64,000 nucleotides of DNA from a virus (taxonomy: Duplodnaviria; Caudoviricetes): positions 3,311 to 67,310 of IMG/VR virus record IMGVR_UViG_2634166314_000001. One strand, given 5' to 3'. Below, in pieces: positions 29,557 through 39,357 of the stretch. Position numbers and translations under genes: made by a program. The notes under the pieces were generated by a model, which was not told where the DNA came from, searched no databases, and saw only the letters and a program-made list of their open reading frames with translations. The number at the start of each line of letters is the position of its first letter. Position 1 is the first letter of the stretch.

Positions 29557-31112
29557 TAACTACTAAAGACAAACAGGCTTTAGAAGCGTATCAAGCGGTC
29601 AAACTCAGCATCGGAAAAGCTACAGAGGTTATCTTAGACGAGACTGAATCGCAAAAGGAAAAACGTGTCGCAGAGCTATTAAAGCCTAAAAATTTTGAAG
29701 CTTTTTGCGACTATTATTTTCCACATTTAAAGACCGCGCCTTTCGGTTGGTTTCATAAGCGAGGGGCAAAAGAAGTATTAGAAGACAATAAGCATTTTGG
29801 CGTATGGGAATTTCCGCGCGAACATGCTAAGTCTACGTTAGCACTAATGCTATTTATTAATCTCTACTTTGCAGGAGAGATTACAGGGCTTGTCTTAACC
29901 TCTCAGAGTGCTGATAAGGCCGAAACTTTGCTTTCGAGATTTCAGGCAGAATTTGAAGCAAACGCGCGGCTTATAAACGATTTCGGGAGTCAAAAAAATA
30001 TTGGAGATTGGTCGGTAGGACAGTTCTCAACTATCCGCGACGTGGGATTTTGGGCGTTCGGAGTTGGACAAAGTCCGCGGGGGGTTATCGTAGGCGGAAA
30101 CCGTCCTAACGCCTGTCTTGTAGACGATGTAGACACGCCGGATTTGTGTAGAAACCTCGAACGCGTAACCCGTACAGTTGACTGGATAATGGGGGATTTA
30201 TGGGGGGCGTGTGCTATCAAACAAGCTCGTTTTTTGTGTCTCGGAAATGGTATTCACCAAAAGTCTGTACTTAGACATATCGTCGGAGACACAGAGATAG
30301 GAATGCCGAAAAAACCGGGCGTAAGACATCTGAAAGTCTATGCCCTTGAAAATCCCAAAACGCATGCAAAAGACCAAAGCGAAAAGGGCGTCCCAGCCTG
30401 GAAGGAAAACTATTTGCGTGGGCAACTTGACTTAAAGCTTATGCAGGTCGGCTACAGGGTAGCGCAGCGGGAGTATTTTCATAAGCATATTATCGACGGA
30501 ACTGTGTTCAAAAAAGAGTGGGTAAATTATGTTCCTGTCAAGAGCTTGGCAGACTGTCAAGTCGCTGTAAGCTATGTTGACCCTTCTTATAAAGATACCA
30601 AGCGCAACGACTTTAAAGCCATTGTTGCTACAACCCGGATAGGTACAAAAATCGTGGTAGTAGGGGTTTGGGTTAGGCAGGCAAGCGTTTCCAGTATGGT
30701 GACTGCGCACTATGACATGGATTTGTTCCTAAAAAGCAAAGGACTGAAACTACATATTTGCTATATGGAGGCGAATATGATGCAGGACACACACTTAACC
30801 GAATATGTAGCACAAAAAGAAAATTTCGGATACATGCTGCCAATTCGGGCAGATACGCGAAAAAAACCAGACAAAACGGGGCGCATCGAAAATATGACCC
30901 CTTTGTTCGAGAGAGGTATTATTGTATTTGCGGACTACCTGAGAAACACCCCTGATTTAATCGCCTTTTTAGAGCAGCTTTTAGGTTTTCCAAACGCGCA
31001 CGACGACGCACCCGATGCCTTGGAAGGAAGCGAAAATAAACTAAATGAACATCACAGATCAATGACCCAACCACCTGAAACTGGCGGAACACGCCGTACA
31101 ACAACCTGGTAA
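29553..31112 (+). CDS. terL: terminase large subunit
   Basis: PREHAKST, LVDDVD, YVDPS, HDDAPDALEG. Confidence 0.92.
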   Translation: MITTKDKQALEAYQAVKLSIGKATEVILDETESQKEKRVAELLKPKNFEAFCDYYFPHLKTAPFGWFHKRGAKEVLEDNKHFGVWEFPREHAKSTLALMLFINLYFAGEITGLVLTSQSADKAETLLSRFQAEFEANARLINDFGSQKNIGDWSVGQFSTIRDVGFWAFGVGQSPRGVIVGGNRPNACLVDDVDTPDLCRNLERVTRTVDWIMGDLWGACAIKQARFLCLGNGIHQKSVLRHIVGDTEIGMPKKPGVRHLKVYALENPKTHAKDQSEKGVPAWKENYLRGQLDLKLMQVGYRVAQREYFHKHIIDGTVFKKEWVNYVPVKSLADCQVAVSYVDPSYKDTKRNDFKAIVATTRIGTKIVVVGVWVRQASVSSMVTAHYDMDLFLKSKGLKLHICYMEANMMQDTHLTEYVAQKENFGYMLPIRADTRKKPDKTGRIENMTPLFERGIIVFADYLRNTPDLIAFLEQLLGFPNAHDDAPDALEGSENKLNEHHRSMTQPPETGGTRRTTTW

Positions 31113-31114
31113 AA

Positions 31115-31534
31115 ATGGCATACGTAACAACAACAGACCTTAACGCAGCTCTCTACGAAGAGATTCAGCAATCTATTAGCCGGGACAATTCGAACCCGCC
31201 AGAAACCGCAATAAACAACGCGATGGACTTGGTTGCAGCAAAACTTTCACTACGCTATAACATTGCGGCGGAGTTTGCTAAAACTGGCGATAGTCGTAAC
31301 TCCCTGCTTGTAATGTACGTAAGAGATATAGCAATATACTTCTTATACAAGCTCCCTGAGTCCGTTCCTGCAAAGCGAAAGTTTGCATACGAAGAAGCAA
31401 TATCTTTCTTGCTCGAATGTCAGCAGGGACTATCCGTAATACAGGGCTTAGACCCCGCGCCAGTAAGCGAAAACCCGGCAGCTTCGGACAGAATTGCCGC
31501 TGGATACGAACCCCGCAGGCCGTCAAGGTGGTAA
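31115..31534 (+). CDS. Mu gp36-like head-tail connector (DUF1320)
   Basis: L..RYNI..EF...G..R...DIAIY.L...YEEAI.FL. Confidence 0.75.
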   Translation: MAYVTTTDLNAALYEEIQQSISRDNSNPPETAINNAMDLVAAKLSLRYNIAAEFAKTGDSRNSLLVMYVRDIAIYFLYKLPESVPAKRKFAYEEAISFLLECQQGLSVIQGLDPAPVSENPAASDRIAAGYEPRRPSRW

Positions 31535-31641
31535 ACCCCTTTTAAAACATTTTTAATTTTTCTTGTAATCGATTTTAATAGTCGATTGACACAACTATTC
31601 GACTTGCGACAATATCGTCGCTTAAACGCAAAATTAAGCCG

Positions 31642-32982
31642 ATGGCAAAAAAAAGAAAACCAGACGCGGGCATAACCGTTACAGACTTCGCCCGCCCTGT
31701 GGTAGAAGTAAAGAACCTAAGTATAGACGTCCGACCGCTTAACCGAACAAGAAAGGAGCTATCGCAGGTTCGACAAGCAATCGTTTCTGCTGAAAGTTCT
31801 GTTAATCCAAACAGGCGGCTGCTGCTTGAATTGTATGCGGAAATCTTATTAGACCCGCACCTTACTTCTGTCTCTGAAAAACGCAGATTAGCTGTAACCA
31901 ATACTGATATTGTTTGCGCGAACGAAAAGGGGGAGCAACACCTATTAGTGCACAAGTTAATAGATACACAATGGTTTGAACAGCTTTTAAGTCATATTAT
32001 CGAAACGGTAGGGTTTGGCTATACTTTAATAGACCTACTTACGGCCAACCTGCTCGACCCTGCAAGTCTCGAAGAATGCGAGATTATAGACCGTCGGCAT
32101 GTCAAGCCCGAACTTTCTATTGTAACCAAAACTCCGGAAATGAACAGTGGGTTTGGTTATACCCTTCCGCCATACAACAACCTTTATTTAAGCGTTGGGA
32201 AAAAGCGGGATTTAGGCTTACTGCTTAAAGCGCTTCCCTGGATACTCCTAAAGACGGGGAACATTCAAGATTGGGCGATTTTTAATCAAATATTCGGCAT
32301 GCCCTACCGGGTTGGAAAATACAACAGTACTGTTCCTGGCGACCGTGAAAAGCTTAAACAAGCATTAGAGGAAGCTGGAACAAGTACGTATCTGATTTTG
32401 CCAGATGGGACAGAAATAGAGTATATACAAAACACTGGTACAGCAGGGAATGCAGAAAACTTTCAAAAGTTTCAAAAAACCTGCGACGACCAGGTTAGTA
32501 AACTTTGGCTTGGCGGAACGCTAACAACGGACGCAGGAGACAAGGGGGCTCGAAGTTTGGGCGATGTGCATTTAGAGGTAGAGGAAAAAATTGCGGCAGC
32601 AGATAGAAGGTTTGTGCTTAGAATCCTTAATAGCAAGTTCATCCCTGCTCTAAGGTATGCCGGATACGACATTCAAGAAGGCTACAGATTTGACTTTAAG
32701 GAAGCCGAAGAGCAGCTCTCTATTGTCGAGCAACTTGATAACGACCTCAAAATTCACGAAAAAGTTGGCAGGATACCTAAGAAGTTTTTTGCGGAAAAAT
32801 ACGGGGTAACGTTTGTTGACGACAACGACGAGCCGGAAAAAGAAGAGCCTGAGCCAACTAAGCCAGTAGAGAAAGAAAAGAAGCCTAAAGAAGAGGCTGT
32901 AAATAACGCAGACGGACTAAGCCTTAGTCACCGCCTTGTTTCGTCTTTTCTCTCTTTTTTCGACCAAGCCCCGAAGTTGTAA
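31642..32982 (+). CDS. portal protein (Mu gp29/DUF935)
   Basis: DPHL, LGLLLK, FGMPYRVGKY, LGGTLTT, SLGDVH. Confidence 0.9.
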   Translation: MAKKRKPDAGITVTDFARPVVEVKNLSIDVRPLNRTRKELSQVRQAIVSAESSVNPNRRLLLELYAEILLDPHLTSVSEKRRLAVTNTDIVCANEKGEQHLLVHKLIDTQWFEQLLSHIIETVGFGYTLIDLLTANLLDPASLEECEIIDRRHVKPELSIVTKTPEMNSGFGYTLPPYNNLYLSVGKKRDLGLLLKALPWILLKTGNIQDWAIFNQIFGMPYRVGKYNSTVPGDREKLKQALEEAGTSTYLILPDGTEIEYIQNTGTAGNAENFQKFQKTCDDQVSKLWLGGTLTTDAGDKGARSLGDVHLEVEEKIAAADRRFVLRILNSKFIPALRYAGYDIQEGYRFDFKEAEEQLSIVEQLDNDLKIHEKVGRIPKKFFAEKYGVTFVDDNDEPEKEEPEPTKPVEKEKKPKEEAVNNADGLSLSHRLVSSFLSFFDQAPKL

Positions 32983-33005
32983 AATTAAGCGACCTCGGGG
33001 CGCAA

Positions 33006-33782
33006 GTGAACACCCTATATTCTCATTCGCACACCAATTTAGCGGATGAGGGTAATAATATGAGCGTGAAGGGAATCGTTAACGAAGCCCTTAAGCAAAT
33101 TCATGAAGGCACAGAATTAGAGATAAGTCAACTCCTTTTTAACCTTACTTATTCTTCTCTACTAGAGGCGGTAAACAAGGGGTTAGAGGGTGAGATAAAG
33201 CAGGAATTTAAAAGCAAATTAAAATACTCCGCTGCCTCCTTCTCTGCACATAAGACCGCTGCTCAGTGTGCAGAGCTGCGAGATAGCTTACTCGACGAGA
33301 ACGGAAAAAAAAGAAGCTTCGCGAAATTCAAAAAAGCAGTATCCGGGATTGTAGACAACTACAACGTGAGATGGCTAGAAGTAGAACACCAGGCGGCTGT
33401 AAGGGGGGCGAGAATGGCGACGAATTGGCAGAGATGGGAGGCGCAAGCTGACATTTATCCGAACCTACGCTATCTGCAAACGCGGGCAACGACTCCGGAC
33501 GAGGCACATTTAAAGTTAGTTGGAATTGTGCGGCCTATGAACGACCCGTTTTGGAGAAAACACCTCCCGCCGAGCCGCTGGGGCTGTCTCTGTGGCGCAG
33601 TGCCAACAACCGAAGGTGTAACAGAATTGCCGGAAAAACTCCCGGAAGTGTCGCAAGGTTTAGGCGGAAATGTCGGACAGACAGGCGAATTATTTACCGA
33701 CGACCATCCGTATTTCAGCAAAAAAGTTTCGGAGCAAACAATTAACAGCTTACAAGATGCCTATAAACCCTCAGCCGAATAA
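33006..33782 (+). CDS. Mu gpF-like head morphogenesis protein
   Basis: YNVRWLEVE, PNLRY, DPFW..H.PP..WGCLC. Confidence 0.85.
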   Translation: MNTLYSHSHTNLADEGNNMSVKGIVNEALKQIHEGTELEISQLLFNLTYSSLLEAVNKGLEGEIKQEFKSKLKYSAASFSAHKTAAQCAELRDSLLDENGKKRSFAKFKKAVSGIVDNYNVRWLEVEHQAAVRGARMATNWQRWEAQADIYPNLRYLQTRATTPDEAHLKLVGIVRPMNDPFWRKHLPPSRWGCLCGAVPTTEGVTELPEKLPEVSQGLGGNVGQTGELFTDDHPYFSKKVSEQTINSLQDAYKPSAE

Positions 33783-34251
33783 AAAGGAGCTGGCGCGGAT
33801 TGTTACCGCTCTTAAAAGTCCTGCGACCAGGCGGCAAATTTTAACGATAATCGGGCAGGAAGGCGAAAACTGGTTTAAGAAGTCGTTCCGCGACGAAGGC
33901 TTTACGGATACCACCCTCGTAAAGTGGCAGCCCTCTAAGCGACTTACAGCCCTGCCCGCAGAAGGCAAGAAGGCCAAGAAAAGGACAGCTCTACAGAACA
34001 GACCGACCCTGACCCAGTCCGGAGACCTGGGCGATTCGATAACCTGGGAAAACGCCGGACAATTCGGGGTTAAGTTCGCCTCAGATCTGGACTATGCGAA
34101 GGTTCAGAATGAAGGCGGAAGAGCTGGGAGAAAGCTAGCGGCAAGAATCCCAAAACGTCAATTTATGGGAAAATCCGAGCTGCTTAATTTAAAGATTATG
34201 CAGACGATTAGAACACAGGTTTTAGATAAAATTTTAAACAATAAAAAATAA
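33757..34251 (+). CDS. Mu gpG-like virion morphogenesis protein
   Basis: L..SGDL.DSI, YAKVQNEGG, IPKRQFMG. Confidence 0.85.
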   Translation: MPINPQPNKKELARIVTALKSPATRRQILTIIGQEGENWFKKSFRDEGFTDTTLVKWQPSKRLTALPAEGKKAKKRTALQNRPTLTQSGDLGDSITWENAGQFGVKFASDLDYAKVQNEGGRAGRKLAARIPKRQFMGKSELLNLKIMQTIRTQVLDKILNNKK

Positions 34252-34745
34252 TGCTAGAAGCACAATTTGAGATTGCAGGAGCTTTATTGCCGCTATTGCA
34301 GGCAGGGACGGTCAAGCAGTTTGATTTAGATAAGGGGCAATTAGAAGACCCTGACAAATACGAAAGCATCCTGCAAGTATCGGTACTTTTGGGTGGTTTG
34401 GATATAGACTTTCAAGGCTCTCATGTCGGTAACGCGCAGACAGGAGCGGGCAGCTTTACTTTAAAAACAATATTCAGACTTCCGGAAACTACCTACATCA
34501 CAAGCAAGGTAGACGATTTGCAAAGACTTGCGGACAACTTCGCAGCTCTCTGGGTTGCAAAAGAGGTTCACAAAGCTGTTTGTAAGCTACCGACCGTTGC
34601 CCGGCACGGGTACAGGGAGTATTCTGTCAATACGTTCTACGTCGTAGAGCAAACATATAGGTCTCAGTTTTGGGATACTATCAATACTCCGCAAACCATT
34701 ACTTTACACGATTTCACCATTAACGTAAATATCCCAATTTTATGA
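34251..34745 (+). CDS. tail terminator (Mu gp37-like)
   Basis: FDLDKGQLE motif; position. Confidence 0.55.
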   Translation: MLEAQFEIAGALLPLLQAGTVKQFDLDKGQLEDPDKYESILQVSVLLGGLDIDFQGSHVGNAQTGAGSFTLKTIFRLPETTYITSKVDDLQRLADNFAALWVAKEVHKAVCKLPTVARHGYREYSVNTFYVVEQTYRSQFWDTINTPQTITLHDFTINVNIPIL

Positions 34746-35380
34746 GAATAACAGCAAAAGTACTACAGGCAATTGGCGTGCCTGCGACACGCATAGACGA
34801 GCATATTGACCCTATAAACGGGGCTATCTTGTTTGCGAAACTTAGCACAAGCGAACAGGTTGCAGCATTTATTGCAAATGCCGCTTACGAAACAGGATTT
34901 TTTCTAAATCTTACTGAAAATCTTAACTACACAGAAGAGCGGATTTTGCAGGTATTTGGCAGACGGATTACTCCTGCACAAGCGAAATTGTGCGCCAGAA
35001 ATCCCAATAAATTAGGCGATTGGGTATATGCAAACCGGAACGGAAACGGGGGGGTAGAAAGCGGGGACGGGTTTCGTTTTCGTGGGCGTGGATATTTCCA
35101 CACAACCGGGCGGGCGAATTACAAAGCCCTAAACGGCACAGTCGGAAGGCATATACTCCCGGACGGAAGCGAAGCTGACATAGATTTCACTAAAAAACCT
35201 CTTATCCTTTCTGACCCAACCTTTGCCGCCCTATCCGCTGCGCAGTATTGGATAGATAACAAGCTTTCTTCCTGCGAAAGCTTCGAGGCGATTTGCATTA
35301 AGATTAACGGAGGCGAAAACGGCCTTGATGCCCGAAAACAGATTTACACCAAACTTTTAAATGCTTTAAAAACAATTTAA
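34742..35380 (+). CDS. endolysin, glycoside hydrolase family 19
   Basis: AAFIA..AYET, ENLNY, GDGFRFRGRG..TGRANY, INGG.NGL. Confidence 0.9.
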   Translation: MRITAKVLQAIGVPATRIDEHIDPINGAILFAKLSTSEQVAAFIANAAYETGFFLNLTENLNYTEERILQVFGRRITPAQAKLCARNPNKLGDWVYANRNGNGGVESGDGFRFRGRGYFHTTGRANYKALNGTVGRHILPDGSEADIDFTKKPLILSDPTFAALSAAQYWIDNKLSSCESFEAICIKINGGENGLDARKQIYTKLLNALKTI

Positions 35381-35392
35381 AACACCGCTAAG

Positions 35393-35728
35393 ATGGTAAA
35401 ACAAATTTTAGATTTTTTGGGTATTGCACCCGAAGCAATTACGTCCGGGGCGCTCGGTGCGGCTATTGCACAGTTTTTTAAATTCGGCCTCAAATGGTGG
35501 GAGCGATGCGTACAAATTTTGGTCGGCGGAGTATTCGCCGGGTACGCAGACCTCGCATTATTAGAGTACTTTCCGGCGATGAAAAGCCGGGGTTTTGCCG
35601 CATTTTTGGCCGGACTACTAAGTTATTACATCATTGGCGGCATGATGGTTTGGGGCAAGAGCTTCAAGAAAAGCCCAATCCGGGCAATTAACAATTTAAA
35701 ACAAGGACGCGATGAAACAAATCAGTAA
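35393..35728 (+). CDS. holin
   Basis: Three hydrophobic segments, basic C-terminus, next to endolysin. Confidence 0.65.
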   Translation: MVKQILDFLGIAPEAITSGALGAAIAQFFKFGLKWWERCVQILVGGVFAGYADLALLEYFPAMKSRGFAAFLAGLLSYYIIGGMMVWGKSFKKSPIRAINNLKQGRDETNQ

Positions 35729-35993
35729 AGCCCTGTTCACCGAAACGCTATTGGGAGTAATAGCCATTTCGCTAATTATTGTACTTACACAAGTGCTAGG
35801 CTGTAAGCACAAAAAGCAGTCAACTGACCTGCTAATTAAGCGCGATAGCCTCGCCATCGTCGCTAAGTACGACAGTATCAGAGTTGTAAATTTAAAACTT
35901 AAAGACAGTATCACCGATGCGAAAATTCAAAAGATTCCTGCTCATTTTTCTAAGTCTTTCCGCGACTCTGTGTTTCGGAATTTCGGGAAGTAG
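35712..35993 (+). CDS. spanin-like component
   Basis: Hydrophobic N-terminus with VLGC lipobox-like motif. Confidence 0.5.
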   Translation: MKQISKALFTETLLGVIAISLIIVLTQVLGCKHKKQSTDLLIKRDSLAIVAKYDSIRVVNLKLKDSITDAKIQKIPAHFSKSFRDSVFRNFGK

Positions 35994-36312
35994 TTTGAGC
36001 GACACGACACGAAAGCAGCTTGTCACATTTCCGGCGGTGACAGTTGAGAAAGCTGACAGTATTACAAGGGCGCTGGTAGAATATCCGTTGCTTAAAACCC
36101 GGGTTTCTTATCTCTCGCAGGCGCTTGACGCAAGTGAGAGCGAAAAGAGGAACAAGAACCTGGCAGATAAGATTACTATTCAGGTTCTTTCTGCGCAACT
36201 TGTCGCGGCACAAAAACAGATAAAGAAAGAAAGGTTTTGGAAAAAAGTCTGGCGGGGTGTGGCTATTGTAGAGCCTGTAGTTATTGCAGTCCTTATTACT
36301 GCTCATAAATAA
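35917..36312 (+). CDS. spanin-like component
   Basis: Signal-like N-terminus, coiled coil, C-terminal TM; overlaps previous gene. Confidence 0.5.
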   Translation: MRKFKRFLLIFLSLSATLCFGISGSSLSDTTRKQLVTFPAVTVEKADSITRALVEYPLLKTRVSYLSQALDASESEKRNKNLADKITIQVLSAQLVAAQKQIKKERFWKKVWRGVAIVEPVVIAVLITAHK

Positions 36313-36344
36313 AGAAAAGCCTCTCGGATTCGAGGGGCTTTTTT
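36311..36344. terminator. bidirectional terminator
   Basis: aaaagcctctcg-gatt-cgaggggctttttt between convergent genes. Confidence 0.85.
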
Positions 36345-36361
36345 ATTTTAATAATTGCCGC

Positions 36362-37231
36362 TTAATTATTACCATAATCAAAGCTTTCGTCTGGCTCAAA
36401 GTTAGGGTTAAGCATTTGAAGGTCTAAATGAGTCCCTGCATCTGTGTATCTGGTTGGGTTGAATATCTCCCCATGAGTCCCCAAATCGCCTTTATATATT
36501 GCATCACCCTTTTTAAAGGAATATGACACCTTTTGTTTATCGGGATTATATTTTCCATGTTGAAGAACTACATTGTCAGAAACCTTAAAATGCCTAATTT
36601 CATCTTCGTTCATTTCAAACCACACAAATCCGGTTCGGTCGTTAAACAAAAAGCTTAATTGCAAACTGTTCCCATTTCTATAGACCGAATACACGCTACC
36701 TTCTTTCCCTATATACACATCGTCTAGTATTAAAGCCCTCAGCCGATGGAAGAAATCTGACTTTACTTTCCTAGTCAATTCACGACGACCATTTAGGTAC
36801 AAAGAAAGGGTGCTTTTATCTATACTCATATATTGCTCAACGTCAACCGCTCTCATACCGACCTTAGACATCTTATTTTTAATCCAACTCGTTGTTACTA
36901 TGTCTGAATCAGTCTTTATATATATCTTTGTTCCGACACGTAGCGCCCTTCCGGACAACATACTATTGTCTATCATTTCTTTTGTCAGCCTTACCAGACC
37001 TTCTGCGTCAGCGTAGTTTTCGCTAAGGCTTCGTCCTTGTGACACTTCAACAACTACCTCTTTTTTATCCACAAAGACGATGTTGAAGCGGATATTGCTA
37101 TACCGTTTGTGTGCGATTGCAGTTCGTTCTAACTTAGCCAATTGGTCTTCACTAAGATATTGCAATCGTTTAAGATTTTGAATTGTGCTTTCGTTTACCA
37201 TTTTTTTAAGGGTTAAAGAAGGGGCTTTCAC
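36362..37231 (-). CDS. XRE-type HTH-containing accessory protein
   Basis: GMRAVDVEQYMSIDKSTLSLYLNGRR central HTH. Confidence 0.7.
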   Translation of the reverse strand: MKAPSLTLKKMVNESTIQNLKRLQYLSEDQLAKLERTAIAHKRYSNIRFNIVFVDKKEVVVEVSQGRSLSENYADAEGLVRLTKEMIDNSMLSGRALRVGTKIYIKTDSDIVTTSWIKNKMSKVGMRAVDVEQYMSIDKSTLSLYLNGRRELTRKVKSDFFHRLRALILDDVYIGKEGSVYSVYRNGNSLQLSFLFNDRTGFVWFEMNEDEIRHFKVSDNVVLQHGKYNPDKQKVSYSFKKGDAIYKGDLGTHGEIFNPTRYTDAGTHLDLQMLNPNFEPDESFDYGNN

Positions 37232-37243
37232 CCCTTCGTGTTG

Positions 37244-37588
37244 TTAAGTTAATAAATCCTTGTATCGGTTTGTGTGGATTTCGTAAATACCAATTTGCTC
37301 ATTTTCGATTCCTAATCTTGTTGCCTCGCTTTCGCTTTCGACAATCAAAACCGCATCAAAATAATAATCGCCTTGATTATTCCAACCTCCAACAATCCCA
37401 GCAGTTTTTTTGAGAGCAACGTCAATTACTTTCATTGCCCCCTCTCTCCCAAAACAATTTTGTGTTTCTAAGAGAGCCACCGCCCAACCATGCGTAACAG
37501 GCTGGAAGGTGTTTACATTAATCGTGAATCCATCCGGATTCTCAGAGGCTACACGTAGTAGCTCATCTGTCATTTGCTGATTTACCAT
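37244..37588 (-). CDS. hypothetical accessory protein
   Basis: 114-aa ORF with own upstream intergenic region. Confidence 0.7.
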   Translation of the reverse strand: MVNQQMTDELLRVASENPDGFTINVNTFQPVTHGWAVALLETQNCFGREGAMKVIDVALKKTAGIVGGWNNQGDYYFDAVLIVESESEATRLGIENEQIGIYEIHTNRYKDLLT

Positions 37589-37629
37589 AAATAAAGAACT
37601 TGTTTAAATTTAACAATACGAAGTTACTA

Positions 37630-37655
37630 CAAAAGTTTGCAAATGCAAACTTTTG
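37630..37655. promoter_or_regulatory. palindromic operator-like site
   Basis: caaaagtttgca-aa-tgcaaacttttg, perfect 12-bp arms. Confidence 0.6.
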
Positions 37656-37678
37656 GTTGTGTTTTTTTATAGCTGTGC

Positions 37679-37706
37679 AAAAAAAATCCCTCAGCCCGGA
37701 GGGATT
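37679..37706 (-). terminator. terminator of early operon
   Basis: aatccctc/gagggatt stem with T8 on minus strand. Confidence 0.8.
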
Positions 37707-37968
37707 AGTTTAGATTCAATTTTTTGTATTTAGCCTTTTGCATTTCTGCGTGTTCCCTCTCCAGTTCCACTAATCGCACATAGAGAGCCTCGAGGCATGT
37801 TGCAAAAGCCGCATCTAACCTTAGTATCTTTCTAGGCACACCCCTTCTTACCTCAACGCCTGCCCTAATTAGTACGATTTCAATCGCGTCTATTCCTACA
37901 GGAACTAAGGATATTCGCACCCCACACATAAGGGCGCTTGCAAGTTTGTCTAGTGAGTTATTTTCCAT
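37705..37968 (-). CDS. hypothetical protein
   Basis: Early operon ORF; start at MENNSL inferred. Confidence 0.55.
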   Translation of the reverse strand: MENNSLDKLASALMCGVRISLVPVGIDAIEIVLIRAGVEVRRGVPRKILRLDAAFATCLEALYVRLVELEREHAEMQKAKYKKLNLN

Positions 37969-38275
37969 CGTTTTGGGGTTTGCGTTTTTCATAATATACC
38001 ATATAAAAAGATTCTTCAAGGGTTTCAATATAGTCTCCTGATATTCCGACATTTCCGCCCCTGAGTTCTAGTATTGCCTTCTTTAGTTTGTCAACTACAT
38101 GCCGTTTGAATGATTTTCGGGACAAATCAGCAGGACGAAACATTTCACAAATCTCAACCTGTAGCCAATTTTTACCTTCCGAAACGGTAATTACTATAGG
38201 TTGTTTTTCTTCGTAAGTAAAACCAATTCCGTATATATTAACATACTTCGATAATTCGTCTAAAATTTCTTTCAT
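37958..38275 (-). CDS. hypothetical protein
   Basis: Early operon ORF. Confidence 0.55.
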   Translation of the reverse strand: MKEILDELSKYVNIYGIGFTYEEKQPIVITVSEGKNWLQVEICEMFRPADLSRKSFKRHVVDKLKKAILELRGGNVGISGDYIETLEESFYMVYYEKRKPQNDGK

Positions 38276-38445
38276 GTCAGTTTGATTTATTATCGTATCA
38301 CAGTACGATATTGTACGATTATCGTGCTGTAATACGATAGTGGTTATTAATCGTCTTTCTTCTTTGGTGAACCTACAAGTATGTGGAATGCAACGGAAAG
38401 TAAGACTATCGTTAAAAATTGTTCTATTGTCATTTTTTTCTAGTT

Positions 38446-38715
38446 TTATTCTGTGTAATAATCAAAACGTTTTATTCTCTGTAATCCTAGTACGCAGTAG
38501 TCTTTCCCGATACCGAACTGTCCGCCTTCCAACTTATAAGAGATTTTCGCAAACATTACACGATGTGTATATTCTTGTTTGTGTGCTATCCATTCCCTTA
38601 GCATTAGTTCGTCTCCGACGCTGAAATTCCTGTCATCCTTTCTCACTTCAAAAGGCTTTTTTCTTAGCCAGGTTTGCGAGAAGTATTCTCTTTCGCACTT
38701 GATTTCATGTGTCAT
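38446..38715 (-). CDS. ASCH/DUF3850 domain protein
   Basis: HEIKC..EYF....KKPFEVRKDDRNFSVGDEL.LREW. Confidence 0.85.
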   Translation of the reverse strand: MTHEIKCEREYFSQTWLRKKPFEVRKDDRNFSVGDELMLREWIAHKQEYTHRVMFAKISYKLEGGQFGIGKDYCVLGLQRIKRFDYYTE

Positions 38716-38987
38716 GATTTGATAAATTTATATTGCAAATCTGTCGTCAGGTACTTTTCTAATATTTCGAAGGCTTTTTGATTAATCTTTTCGTTAACCC
38801 TAGTCAAATCAGGGTCTTTCAGTTTATTGTCAAGCTGCCGGATTCTCCTAAGCAGCATTGATGTTAACTCAACCAACGTATCAACCCCCATGAAAGATTT
38901 AATCTCGTTTATTTCGGAGGTCGCAAGTTCAATTCCGTGATTTTCTAAAAAGAACTTGAATATTTCGACATTTCGGTCATTCTTCAT
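38712..38987 (-). CDS. hypothetical protein
   Basis: Early operon ORF. Confidence 0.55.
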   Translation of the reverse strand: MKNDRNVEIFKFFLENHGIELATSEINEIKSFMGVDTLVELTSMLLRRIRQLDNKLKDPDLTRVNEKINQKAFEILEKYLTTDLQYKFIKS

Positions 38988-39327
38988 CGTCTGGCAAATA
39001 GGGGTTATGCACCTCATCCATATCATGTACCAAAATCTCGAAAGGAACTTGGATAACTCGTTTATCTATTTCGAGCGAGCGATCCCACTCGTCCATAAAC
39101 AAAGACATGTCTTCGAATACATGCGTCAGTCTTTCAACTGAACTATTCAGTAAATCTTCCCCCTTTTTAATTATGTGGGACGTAGAGCCAAATGGATCGC
39201 TGTACGCTCTTTCAATTACCAATGCCTGCAACATGTTACTAAGATTGTGTGCGAGGTATTGTATTTGCCCTGTGGCAATAAGAATTTTCGCGGCGGCATC
39301 CAGCTTTGCGTTATTATTCTCTTTCAT
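38977..39327 (-). CDS. hypothetical protein
   Basis: Early operon ORF. Confidence 0.6.
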   Translation of the reverse strand: MKENNNAKLDAAAKILIATGQIQYLAHNLSNMLQALVIERAYSDPFGSTSHIIKKGEDLLNSSVERLTHVFEDMSLFMDEWDRSLEIDKRVIQVPFEILVHDMDEVHNPYLPDDEE

Positions 39328-39357
39328 TTTTTTGTGTTTAAAAGGTTTTTAAAATTT

